Both the position numbers and the translations under genes were made by a program. Shown here piece after piece: positions 51,089 through 64,000 of a stretch of DNA of 64,000 nucleotides; position 1 is the stretch's first letter, and each line of letters opens with the position of its first letter. Origin of the DNA: Octopus bimaculoides (taxonomy: Eukaryota); contig NC_068982.1 of NCBI RefSeq assembly GCF_001194135.2, positions 38,302,868 through 38,366,867 on the forward strand, given 5' to 3'. Under the pieces are notes generated by a model. The model was not told the origin of the DNA and did no database searches. It saw nothing but the letters and a program-made list of their open reading frames with translations.

Positions 51089-51164
51089 CACACTCAAATA
51101 CTCTACACAACAAATGACCGAAACATTGTGACGTTAGAATAGAATAGAAAAAAAAACTTATTTT

Positions 51165-51348
51165 TTATTTGTTTCAGTCACTGGACGATTGCAACCATGC
51201 TGGGGCATCACCTTGAAGGTTTTAGACGAACAAATTGACGCCAATACTTATTATTTTCAGTTTGGTACTTAGTCTATCGGTCACTTTTGCCGAACCACTA
51301 AAGTTACGAGGACACGAAACAAGTCAGCACCGGTTGCTGGGCAGTGGT

Positions 51349-51384
<36 letters not shown>

Positions 51385-51510
51385 ACAGGCTTCTTTCAGT
51401 TTCTGTCTAGCGACTTCACTCATAAAGCTTTAGTCATTAGAAGCTGCTTGCCCAAAATGCCACGCAGTGGGACTGAACCCGGAACTAAGTGGCTGGGTAG
51501 TAAACACGCC
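51165..51510 (-). mobile_element. SINE with internal (CA)n
   Basis: Homologous to 1725-2052. Confidence 0.75.
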
Positions 51511-52070
51511 TGATAAAAATGATTATTTTATATTCTAAATTTGATGTAAATATAATCCCCATACACAATTTTTTTCCCAAGACTTGCTCAGAAGCCTAAG
51601 AATTAAATATTTATTTACTAATTATCTCACATAAAAAAATCTGAAAAGAATATCTTATTAAACAAAAAAAAAAAAAGATTTTTATCCCAATAATTATCTA
51701 TTTGTAATTATTTTCAACGTTCATAACTTAGAATTTTTCACAATTATTTTACAAAATCTATACGCTTAAGAATTGGCAACATATTTGTAACAGTAGGCCT
51801 CATAAGATATGGATTCAAACCACACCTTTAAAAGAATACAGTAAAGCAGAAGAATTATTGAGGGAACTAGTATTGTTTCAAAAACTGGTGACCATCAAAA
51901 GTTGGTACAAATAACTCAATAGAATACAGATTGTGGCACGAGGAAGAGAAGTCTAACATTTTGGGCGGAACCTTTTGTAAGAGAGTGTGGGAGATAGGGG
52001 AGGGAGAGGAAAAGAGAGAAAAAGAGAGAAGAGGGAGAAAGATTAAATGTTGACTGATGTTGACGGAGTG

Positions 52071-52396
52071 TGAAGGCGCGTGGCTTAGTGGTTAGGGTAT
52101 TCGGCTTACGATCGTCAGGTCGTGCTTTCAATTCCCCTTAAAGCGTTGTGTCCTTGAGCAAGACACTTTATTTTACGTTGCCAAAGTCCACTCAGCTATC
52201 AAAAATGAGTTGTAATTGCATTTCAAAAGAGCCAGCCTTGTCACATTCTGTGTCACGCTGAATCTCCCAGAGAGCTACGTTGACGGTACACGTGTCTGTG
52301 GAGTGCACAGCCACTTGCACGTTAATTTCACGAGCAGGCTGTTCCGTTGATCGGGTCAACTGGCACCCTCGTTGTCGTAACCAATGGAGTGCCAGT
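52071..52396 (+). mobile_element. tRNA-derived CORE-type SINE
   Basis: gaaggcgcgtggcttagtggttagggtattcgg...tgtgtccttgagcaagacactttattt. Confidence 0.85.
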
Positions 52397-52751
52397 TGAC
52401 GGATTAATAAATTGGGAGCAGTGAGAGTGATGAGAGGAAAGGGTGGGAGTGGCAGTTAAAAAAAGACGCGAGAGAGAGAGATAACAAGCGTTAGTGGACC
52501 AAAAGTAGTGGTTATAACGAGGAGAAAATAAAAGAAAGGCCAACAGATCTGAAAAGCATTAAGGAGATGGGAAGAGATTACACAGGGAAGTGACATACAG
52601 AAATATAAAGATCAATATACATACATAAAATGCTGACAACGGCAACTAAGCTGAGACTTCGAATTCACTATCAATTTTTTACGAGAAAAAATAAAATGAC
52701 ACCCTACCTAAATGTATTAACCGGTTTTTAACTGTAACCATACATACAAAC

Positions 52752-52815
<64 letters not shown>

Positions 52816-52829
52816 TACATACATGCATA

Positions 52830-53172
52830 CATGGTAAAGACCCCCTTCTGTCATGAATAACCATGGGATTGCACCTAGGGAGTTCTCCTCCGAGACACAA
52901 GTCCGGGCAAGGTCGTTTGTGGAAGGCCAGCAGTCGCCCATGCATACCAGCCTCCCCTCTCCATGCCACCGATGTTATTCAGGGGAAAGGCAAAGGCTGA
53001 TACAGCTTGGCACCAGTGATGCTGCAACTCATTTCTACAGCTGAGTGAACTGGAGCAACCTGAAATAAAGCGTGTTGCTCAAGAACACAACATGCAGCCC
53101 GGCCCGGGAATCGAACCCACTACTTCATAATTGTGAGCCCGACGCTCTAACTACTCAGCCATGCGCCTTCAT
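52830..53172 (-). mobile_element. tRNA-derived CORE-type SINE (different tail)
   Basis: Minus head gaaggcgcatggctgagtagttag...ggttcgattccc followed by CORE-like ttcttgagcaacac...gctccagttcactcagctg. Confidence 0.8.
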
Positions 53173-53210
53173 CACATACATACATACATACATACATGCA
53201 TACATACATA

Positions 53211-54490
<1,280 letters not shown>

Positions 54491-55239
54491 ATATCTTTGT
54501 TGCTTATTTTGATTTTAATTACCTTACTTTGAAATTGTATGGATAATACCGTACTAAATTCTGGTACTTAAACTTAAGTAGCATATTCACTTGAATCTAA
54601 ATTTTTGCTGAACTCTCTCTCTCTCTCNNNNNNNNNNNNNNNNNNNNNNNNNNNNNNNNNNNNNNNNNNNNNNNNNNNNNNNNNNNNNNNNNNNNNNNNN
54701 NNNNNNNNNNNNNNNNNNNNNNNNNNNNNNNNNNNNNNNNNNNNNNNNNNNNNNNNNNNNNNNNNNNNNNNNNNNNNNNNNNNNNNNNNNNNNNNNNNNN
54801 NNNNNNNNNNNNNNNTATATATATATATATGTATGTATGTATATATATAGGCATTCATTTTTTATTTACCATAAAAGGCTAATAATACACAGAAGGGACA
54901 ATACCCGACAGACAAAACATGGAGGTCAAAATAGCGTATGGATAATGAAAGAATGGAAATGATAAAAATGGAGTGCTGGACACGGGGACCCCCATAAACC
55001 ACGCATCATCACTGATCTTCTTTTAGAATCACTGGTACTTACGTTCAAGTCATCTCACACATGTAACAAGGCATACACTCTTCATTCACAAATGAGGACA
55101 GACAGGATGGGTTGGAACAACATATGATTAGACAACATCTAACACTTGATGAAAAAGGAAAGTCGCATTGTCTTTTGATTTTCTTTTAGGATAACTGGTA
55201 CTCGCGTTCAATCATCTCACACATGTAGCAAGGCATATA

Positions 55240-56190
55240 CTTTTCATTCACAGTACAGGCCAGACAAAATGTGGTGGGTTAATGGGTTGTGTCGTCACGG
55301 TGCTCCCCCTTGCTTTCTTTCGGGTCGTCAGACTGTGGTAGGTTGCTAGGTGGAGGGGGTGCTTCTGTGGACACGTGGTTTTTATGTGGCCCTCTTGTCC
55401 ACACTTAAAGCACCGTGGACTTCTTCCCTTCATCATGACTCTTAGTGTGGCCTCGTCCAGAAGTATTATTTGCCTTGGTATTTCTTCCAAGTCCCTCTGG
55501 GCAGCCTGGATTATTAGTTCCAGACCTTGGCTCCCAACAGTTCTGCTGGTGTAGCCTAGTGGCCTGAAGGATAGTGGCTCTATCTTCCAGGTTCAGCAGC
55601 ACGGCCGTCCTCAGCCACACCGCATCGATTTCTGGTGGGACCTCCCTTATTCTTATTTTCGATGTTCGCCTTCCAAGGTAAGTCGGCAGTAGCATCAGAT
55701 CTGCCGACTTTAAGGAAGACGTAGAGTGTTCCTTTTGCCTCCTCTTCGGAAGCGAATCTTACCTCTCCTGTGCAGAAGCACCCTCCTCTATTTATGTATT
55801 TTATGTTGTGCCAAATTTGTATCCTTTTTGTTGTCAGGGACAGCGTTCTGTAAACTATTGTTTTGCGTTTTGTGTTGTATATCACTTCTTCTGGATGAGT
55901 CAGCTTCGTGTTCGTTCCTTCCCTCTGCAATAAGTTTTTATATTTTTCGAGCTCGCCGGGTTGACTTGCACTTTTCGCTAGTAACACCAGCCACGGACGC
56001 GCAGTTCATTTTTCCATTACCATTCTGTGTTTCAATTCGGAGGTCGGTTTCATAATTCTCTGCGATGTTTTTCTCTTCCTTCGTTTGGCTAAATGGGAGG
56101 GAGGGTAACATTTGTTCGCACAATTCCTCCAAGAAGTAGCCTGGAATTACATATTGGGAGATGTCAACTTCCATGTCGTACTGATTGTGT
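55240..56190 (-). mobile_element. LINE ORF1 (gag-like, CCHC knuckle) fragment
   Basis: YLGRRTSKIRIREVPPEID and GRSPRCFKCGQEGHIKTTCP (CX2CX4HX4C). Frameshifted. Confidence 0.8.
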
Positions 56191-57074
56191 AAAAAAAAAA
56201 TTCCACAAAAGAAAACAATTCGACCTTAAACAGGAGGAATTCGCAAGAGTTACAGCTTGGTTAAACCAATAATATAATTCTAAGACTTGGTAATAGTATT
56301 ATAGTTTTCACCACGAGTACCGGTTATTCTATGAAAAAAGTGAAAATAAAACTTTATCTCCAGATTTAACTGATTTATAGAAGAGAAAGGAGTTTAAAAG
56401 GTAACTGTTCAAAATAATATAGCGTTTAGAATTTAACATGTTGTTTTTGTTGGCTCTGATAATCCCCAGAATATCATATGCGCATAACTGTCAGATTATT
56501 TGGTCATCTTGATAACAATTTTCAGATTTTAAAATGGACCATTTTAAATCATAAGGAATGTTTTTAGCTTTCAAAAATTGAAAATGTATTCAATAAGGGA
56601 GAGAGTGTTTTTTTAGGGTATTCTTAGAAAATGAATGGCAAATATTTTACAAGTGAAACTAAATACAGAATTCAAAAGAGTTGTGGGTTTTAACCGTACA
56701 TTTATAAGCAACATTATTATTATGCTTGCAGAATCCGTCCAGCGGATAATTAACTTTCATTCTAAAATTACATAGGGTTTGGCAAGGAAGAGTTCGATAC
56801 TGAAAAAAAAAAATATATTTCTAACTTTATTTATCCACGTTAGCCTATAGTTAATGCAAGTATCATTTATGTTACGTTAACACTTTTCGTCAACTCTGTT
56901 AATATTGCCATTATATGTATTACGATTGCTAATATAATCTTGAAGATGATAACCAAAAAAAATTACACCTATCATTACCATCGTTATTATTAATGTTGCG
57001 GAAAAGTTATTAATATGAACAATTTTATGTACTCCACGGCTACAATTTGCAATCAATATTATTATATGCATTTA

Positions 57075-57290
57075 AGGCGGCGAGCTGGCAGAATCTTTAG
57101 CACGCCGGGCAAAATACTTAGCGGCATTTCGCCCGTCTTCATGTTCTGAATTCAAATTCCACCGTGGTAGACTTTGCTTTCCATTCTTTCGGGGTCGATA
57201 AAACATGTGCCGTTAAGCACTGGGGTTAATTTAAGCAACTTAGTCTCTCCCTCAAAACTGTTGGCTTTGTGCCAAAATTAGAAACCAATA
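57075..57290 (+). mobile_element. SINE
   Basis: aaggcggcgagctggcagaatctttagcacgccgggc... Confidence 0.8.
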
Positions 57291-57899
57291 TTATTATATG
57301 CTTTATATGTTTTATTGTGATATGTTTAGAATGAATGTGGTTTTTAAATGTTTAGCGATCTGATGTTGCTATGATAGAGACTAAATTATATGTGGTTGAA
57401 TAAGAAGGTTTAACGGTTGACTTGTTGAAAATTTTTTAGTTATCTATATTTAGTTATTTATATGCCAATAAGAATTTTAGAGAATAAATTTGCCATCCAG
57501 GTCTACCATTTCTTTAAAATTGAACAAGATCAGATAATATTCTGTTCCCTACTTCTTCTGGTACCATTCAATGATAGGTTGTTATTCTTTTGAGTGAGAT
57601 GAGAATCAGTCTTTAGTAGATGACATATTGTGAAATACTATCAATATCGTATATACATACATACATACATACATACTAACATGCATACTTACATGCATAC
57701 ACACACACACACACACACAATATTATTGTTCTTTCTAACGAAAAATAAATATACGCATTTTAAATATATATAAAATATATGCATTTTAAATCGAATTTAT
57801 AACTGCATGCGTATGATTGCCTAATTTGAAGTTTTATATGTGTGTGTATGCATTTTTTACGTAGTTTCAGCGATTTGTGTTGCTTTTTGCATTTGACGA

Positions 57900-59154
57900 A
57901 TTTATGTTTTCAGAAAATTGTTCGTTTTTGGATTGCTAGTGAGCATAGGTAGATCATGTACAACGGTGTTGTATGCCTCATTGTTTCTAGGGTTGTGAGT
58001 TGATATATACGGTAGTGTTTTGAGACGTGGTGTGGTGTTACGTTTTGTTTTCCTTAGTGTTTTCATACCTAATTTCTTGGCATGCTTAATTCCATCGTCT
58101 ATAAGTGAGGGTGGATATTGTCTCTCAGTAGGTATTGTTCTTGTTCTGAGGTCTTGAAGATGGAGGTGCCGGGTATCTCCATCAGACACTATTGTGCAAA
58201 TCCTTTTCCTTAAATTAATGGGGATATTTCTTGTGATGTGTTTCGGGAGGCATGAGCTAAAAAGAAAATATTGTTTCAAGTTCGTTGATTTGTGATAAAT
58301 GACAGTTACAATTTGGTTGTTAACTTTTTTAATCATAATATCTAAGAAAGGGAGCTGTTCTTTGCTATATTCCATTGTAAATTGAATGTTAGGGTTTATA
58401 CGTCTGTCTTGATAGCCGAAAAGACTTTTTGTTTATATTGTATTGTTTTGGAAACTGGGAGGAATATTAATGCAGTATATGGGGACTGGAGAATAAGCGT
58501 AAGCCAGTGTCAACGGTGGAGTATAAATTTTAAAGTTTCAATTATATAAACCTGGTTTATGCGTTCTGGAAGTTCTTCGAGGTACTTTTCCAGCCAGAAT
58601 TTTATTGCTTCTACTCCAAAGTCATGTGGGATGTTGGTGTAAAGATTAATAACATCGAAGGAAACCAATAATGTCTCTTCATTAGTTGTTTTTGGTAGGT
58701 GCTCAAGCTTATATAGATCGTCTCTAATGAAACTTTTGATGCATTTCCGCAAGGGTTTCAGCAGGATGTCTAGAAAATTGTTTAGGCGGTGGGTTTCACC
58801 GGCTGGGCCAGCTATAATGGGTCTTAACTTTAAATCCTCTGGCTCTGGGATATTTATTATCCTACTTTAGCTAGTATAATGATTTTTGCTACAGAAGGAG
58901 TTTTCTTTGATAATTTACTTTGAGTTTCTCCTGTATGTTTTGTTCTAACGTGTGTCCCTGTTTCTCTCCACTTGGTCTAAAAAAATGTTTACTGTAATTT
59001 GGTTCGTAAAAATTATCAGTGTTATTAATTGTATTAAGAATGCTGTGAGGCCGGTTTGTATTTCAGATATATATATATTACTGCTGACCAAACCAGATAC
59101 GTTTGTGTTCTGTACGACAAGGATTTTTTACCATTTCTTTGCGCTACTCCACTA
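57900..59154 (-). mobile_element. Penelope-like reverse transcriptase fragments
   Basis: LRPIIAGP, LVSFDVINLYTNIPH and QFTMEYSKEQLPFLDIMI...IYHKSTN..QY. The central YxDD region is absent. Confidence 0.85.
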
Positions 59155-60210
59155 CGTCTGTCTTGATAGTCGAAAAGGCTTTTTTGTTTATATTGTATTG
59201 TTTTGGAAAGTGGGGGGAATATCAATGCAGTATATGGGGACTGGAGAATAAGAGTAAGCCAGTGTCAATGGTGGTTCCAGAAATTCTGAGCCGGAAACTA
59301 CAGCCTAGAAAACGAGCCTCATCCTGGAAGATCTGTAGAGCTCAACGAGGATGTCTTGCAAACCCTGGTGGAACAAAATACCATCGTAACTGTTGAGGAA
59401 CTAGCATAGAAGCTTGGATTTGGTCATTTAACCATTCATCGACACCTGCATGCCATCGGAAAAGTCAGCAGATTAGGTCTAATAACACGCAGAGAGTGAA
59501 CGTGTGCTCTTCTTTACTGCTCTTCACATCTCACGAACTAACCTGTTTTGGACTGAATGGTGACAAGAAATAGGTTCTCTATAAAAATGTCAAACGCTGA
59601 AGACAGTGGGTAGGGAAAGGAGAAACACCGGCACCCCAGGTTAAAGAAGGTCTTCATTCACGTAAGGCGTTGTTATCTGTTTGGTGGGATATGAAAGGTT
59701 TAGTCCACTTTGAACTTTTGAATCCAAACCAAACGATAACAAAAGAGATCTACTGCAAGCAGCTTGAGCGGCTTAAGTCAGTGCTAGAAGAAAAACGACT
59801 ATCTTTGGTTTCAAGACGAAAGGTGTTCTTCCATCAGGATAATGCTCGGCCACATACAGCGAGGATGACATTCCATAGGCTGGAGCAGTTTGAATGGGAA
59901 ACGATGCCACACCCACCATATTCACCAGACATTGCTCCATCTGATTATCATTTATTCCGCAGTCTTCAAAATCATTTGGACGGAAAAATATGAATTCTGT
60001 AGACGAGGTCAGAAGAGTACAGGAGGAGTATTTTTCGTCACAGACAAGTGAATTTTGGAAGTGGGCCTTACAATTCCACCAGATAGATGGTAGAGCATAG
60101 TAGAAAATGAAGGAGAGTATATTTTAGATTAAAAAAAGAACTTTGTTTATCTTAATTTTGAAAAATAAAAGAAGTATAAAAAAACGCATTATTTATGGGA
60201 TGACCCAATA
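59155..60210 (+). mobile_element. mariner (DD34D) transposon remnant
   Basis: NINAVYG..QCQWWFQKF, LSVWWDMKG, FHQDNARPH and HPPYSPDIAPSDYHLFRSLQNHL. The right end aacgcattatttatgggatgacccaata resembles a mariner TIR. Confidence 0.9.
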
Positions 60211-60386
60211 TATATCTGTATAGGCTCGAAACGTCAANNNNNNNNNNNNNNNNNNNNNNNNNNNNNNNNNNNNNNNNNNNNNNNNNNNNNNNNNNNNNNN
60301 NNNNNNNNNNNNNNNNNNNNNNNNNNNNNNNNNNNNNNNNNNNNNNNNNNNNNNNNNNATATATATATATATACACACACGTACAT

Positions 60387-60604
60387 ACGATGTGGTGCTG
60401 AAAAGTTCCTGGCTTTAAGGGTATCGCAAGAAACCTGGTTTGAAGCCCAACTGTCTGAGTTCTTTTATAGGGCTGAGAAAAGCTGAAGGACCGTTTCAAT
60501 AAGTGTGTGAATCTGAGAGGGGTATATATTGAACAAAATCATGAATAACCGATCCTCCTGTATTTTCTTTTACCCAAAGCCAGGAACTTTTCAGCACCCC
60601 CTCG
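60387..60604. mobile_element. mariner-type MITE
   Basis: TIRs gtgctgaaaagttcctggcttt and aaagccaggaacttttcagcac. Confidence 0.85.
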
Positions 60605-60885
60605 AATATATGGATTCTGCCTAAAAGAAGCCCTCAAAATTTTAACCCATAACTCACCACAATTGCTTACGAAATTTCTACGGATATTTGCATTATTAAG
60701 GCTATAACCATACATGGACTTACACAGGATTGACCCTAAGGACGTATGGACTGACATCTACACTATCGGAAAGTTGAACTGTGAACTTTTATGCTTCTTT
60801 TTTCTTTTTCTTCATTTCTTTATTTCCTTTCTCCTGTATTCTGTCATCAGTTCATTAATCTATACCCCTCACATTTTCCCTATTT

Positions 60886-60940
60886 GTCTCCGATGAGGAG
60901 TATCCCATACTTTGGGATATCCCAGAAACAGCTGTAAGAC
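60886..60940 (+). ncRNA. Minimal type-I hammerhead candidate at a PLE-like 3' end
   Basis: GUCU-CCGAUGA-[stem II with UAUCCCA/UGGGAUA]-A-GAAA-C-AGCU-GUA-AGAC. Palindromic ACAGCUGU. Departures are U4C and an extra A before G12. Confidence 0.5.
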
Positions 60941-61030
60941 TGTGAATTTTTCCAATAATAATCATGTATATTATGACTTAAGATGTTTGTCTTTCCTTAA
61001 CGTTTGTTGTCCTCGTTAATATGTTATATT

Positions 61031-61406
61031 TCGTTGTTCGAAAAAAGTTCGTTTTCTGTTTTCGTTTTTATGTTTTCGATTTTCATTGTGTTTAACGTTT
61101 TTTTTTTTATGTCCTGTACCCATATATGCATGTATATATACATATAGATGTAGATATGTACATATATGTATGGATATATACATATATCTATATATTATTT
61201 ATATTATTATATGATCGAACGCCATGCATCGTTTTCCAAATAAGTCTTATCTTAATATTTACAATGCGCACTCTTCTACTATCTCTCTCCCTCTCTTGTT
61301 CTTCATCCTTTCTGTTTTTCTCTCCCACCCTTTCCTTCTTCTTCTCTCCCTTTCACTGTTNNNNNNNNNNCCCACCCTTTCCTTCTTCTTCTCTCCCTTT
61401 CACTGT

Positions 61407-61451
<45 letters not shown>

Positions 61452-62041
61452 TCCTCTTCCTCCTTGACTCTCTCATCGCTGACACATGACGAAAGGGGTT
61501 CTCTCTTTCTGCCCACTGGTCTTCCTAAAGAACAGATGTGATTTTTTTGTCTCTTCTACTTAGCGTTCGTAATAATTTTTCTATCGTCTTGGCTCAACAG
61601 CCCTCACCGATTGTTTTTACTGTCTCTTGTTTTTAATGTTTATATCGTTTTTACTGTCTTATTTTCACTGTCCTGTTCTTGTTAACACTTTCACCCTCCG
61701 CAAAAAATTCCAAATTTTATTTAATTTGCTTTGCGGGAAGGACTGTTCCAACGAAGTCGCGTATTGTCCTTGCCTTCGAAACGCGGAGTAGATGGACAGG
61801 GACAACTGACGAAGGGATATACTCTTTATGTTGCATGTCTCGTTTCTCTGTTTTTTTTTCGATGTTCGAAGAAAGTTCGTTTTCTGTTTTCGTTTTTATG
61901 TTTTCGTTTCTCATTGTGTTTAACGTTTTTGTTCTGATGTCCTGTACCCATATATGCATGTATGTATACATATAATGTAGGTAATGTACATATATGTATG
62001 GGTATATGCATATATCTATATATTATTTATATTATTATATA
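61031..62041. repeat. Two copies of an about 180-bp repeat (61031-61212 and 61859-62041)
   Basis: gttcgaa(a/g)aaagttcgttttctgttttcg...tatattattatat occurs twice with divergence. Confidence 0.85.
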
Positions 62042-62046
62042 TATAA

Positions 62047-62087
<41 letters not shown>

Positions 62088-62563
62088 GTTATCTATTTTT
62101 ATTTCAAAATTTCTTGTCAATAGAGAAATAGCCAGTTCCTAATCTAAATCTAAGGTTCTTTTATTAGGATTTCAACTACATCATCATAGCATTTTTGTAT
62201 GCATGTGTTTATGTGTGCAGTATTTGGAGTCAGTGCATGTGTAGATTTGTATATTTTGTTTTATGTATGTATGCTCATACATAAATTTGCATTGTAGACA
62301 TGCACATGTGTACTTAAATGGTAAATTTCTGGGGAGTTTTGCAAATTTTTACAGTTTGAGTGATGGCTTGAGTCAGTCGTCTTTGAATTAGCCTTCTTTC
62401 TGGTTTTTAGATGCCTTATTACTCAAGATTGGTACTTAGGCAGTGTGTTACATATTCTAGTGTCCAAATACTTACAGGTATAAACCTGGACTTGTAATTT
62501 GGGTATAATTCCAAATAGTTCAGCAAATTTATGTATGTATGTATGTATGTATGTATGTATGTA

Positions 62564-63856
62564 CGAAGGGTGTTCATTAAATATTTCCCCTAACCCACTC
62601 GTCAAGGACTGGTATAGACAAAATTTTGCATAATTATTAGTCCTTCTCTACATAACCACCACCAATGGTGACACATTTCTCTTATCGCTTTATGCAGCTA
62701 TGAAAATTTCGTCTGTAGAAGTCGGTAGGCTGTGTCTGGAGCCAAGATTTTACCTCGAAAATAAGTTCATCATCATCCAAAAAGTACTTCCCCTTCAAAA
62801 AAGACTTCATAGTTGGAAAGAGGTAGAAGTCAGATGGTGCAAGATCAGGAGAGTAAGGGGGATGAGAAAGGATTTCATAGCTGCAGGCATGTGCTTTCAT
62901 CTGGGCAACAAGCGCATTGAGAACTGGAGCATTGTCTTGGAGGAAGCGGACGCCTTTGGTTAGCATGCCATTCCTCTCTATTTTTATAGCGTCCTGCAAT
63001 TTCTGCAAAAGAGAAACATAATATTCCCCGTTAACTGTGATGCCATTTGCCAGAAAATCCATCACCACTACTCCGCGCTGGTCCCAAAAGACTGTGAGCA
63101 TGACCTTGCCTGCTGAGGGTTGGACATGAGCCTTCTTTGGAGGTGGTGAGTTATCATGCTTCCATTGCTTCGACTGGACTTTAGTCTCAGGATCATAGTG
63201 ACGGTCCCATGTTTCATCCTGTGTGATAAATCTGCCGAAAAAGTCCTCCTCGTTCTCTAGGCACATTGCCAAAAGAGCCTGGAAGCCATTAACTCGTTCC
63301 TGCTTCTGAAAAGGTGTGGGAATCTGTGGAATCCGTCGTGCAGACAACTTCTGCATGTGCAAATGGTCGTGAAGGATTTTTTCCACAGGCTCCACACTTA
63401 TCATCACTTCTTGGCCAAGGTGCCATTAGTTATGCGGCGATCCTCCAAAGTGGCGGCTTCCACTTTATAGATGGTGTCATCATCAATGACGGAAAGTGGT
63501 CATCCAGGAATAGGAGCAACTTCCACCGATGTCCGACCATATTTGAACTGGTGATGTCAGTGCTTGACTACGTCATTTGATGGTGCATCGTCACCATAAA
63601 CTTCTTTCATCTCATCGAAAGTCTCTTTTGGTGTACGACCTTTCAAGTATAAGAACCTGATCACTGATCTGCATTCAACTGCCTCCATTATAACACCACA
63701 GTCCACTTCAGCAGCCATAAAAGACAAACAAATATTAATGGAAAGCTGCAGTTCACAACGTGACATGTAGAGACATGTATGATTATACCTGTACAAGTTC
63801 CGTTTCCTGCAATAACCGGAAGTGGGTTAGGGAAACTCTTTAATGAACGCACCGCG
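62564..63856 (-). mobile_element. Full-length degenerate mariner (DD34D) element
   Basis: TIRs cgaagggtgttcattaaatatttcccctaacccact and agtgggttagggaaactctttaatgaacgcaccgcg, with TA on both sides inside (TATG)n. RSVIRFLYLKG, ITQDETW, KVMLTVFWD, LQDNAP and HPPYSPDLAPSDFYLFP. Stops and frameshifts present. Confidence 0.95.
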
Positions 63857-63892
63857 TATGTATGTATGTATGTATGTATGTATGTATGTATG

Positions 63893-63948
<56 letters not shown>

Positions 63949-63968
63949 TACGTATGTATGTATGTATG
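63857..63968. repeat. (TATG)n/(TGCG)n compound microsatellite
   Basis: Directly visible. Confidence 0.95.
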
Positions 63969-64000
63969 TCCAGGCGCGTGGTTGGCCCACTGAGAATGGG

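Noticed and set aside
52071-52140. tRNA gene (also about 255-320, 21510-21570, 53095-53170)
   Set aside because: These are tRNA-like SINE heads without a complete cloverleaf, each followed by CORE-type bodies.
60226-60237. Hammerhead 3' half (ggctcgaaacgtcaa)
   Set aside because: The 5' core is missing and the sequence runs into a gap. It only shows a third truncated copy of the family.
61324-61407. Exact 37-bp tandem duplication
   Set aside because: The copies directly flank a 10-N gap, typical of unmerged contig overlap.

Overview
AT-rich, gap-containing animal genomic scaffold. The tRNA-derived and CORE-type SINE families and the dense microsatellites resemble those of octopus (coleoid cephalopod) genomes; this taxon assignment is inference from recalled repeat sequences. 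One convincing protein-coding gene is present: a 145-aa CD225/dispanin (IFITM/PRRT/SynDIG-like) membrane protein on the minus strand (41207-41644), with an uninterrupted coding region. A few isolated exon-like segments hint at a long plus-strand gene, but this is weakly supported. The rest is mostly decayed mobile DNA: Helitron, L1/Tx1-like, HERO-like and R4/Dong-like LINEs, Penelope-like elements (RT, GIY-YIG), Chapaev3-like, Tigger/pogo, Tc1 and mariner transposons, several MITEs and many SINEs. The most interesting signals are: (i) several minimal type-I hammerhead ribozyme motifs tied to Penelope-like termini, two sharing a non-canonical CUGUUGA core; (ii) a compact multi-helix pseudoknot candidate at 39367-39476; (iii) two related MITEs with 8-bp TSDs, shared arms and different cores, one core being a palindromic telomeric repeat; (iv) a hairpin-embedded AG|GTAAGT recursive-splice or microexon candidate. 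No rRNA, true tRNA or CRISPR array was found. Coordinates of degenerate elements are approximate and were read by eye.
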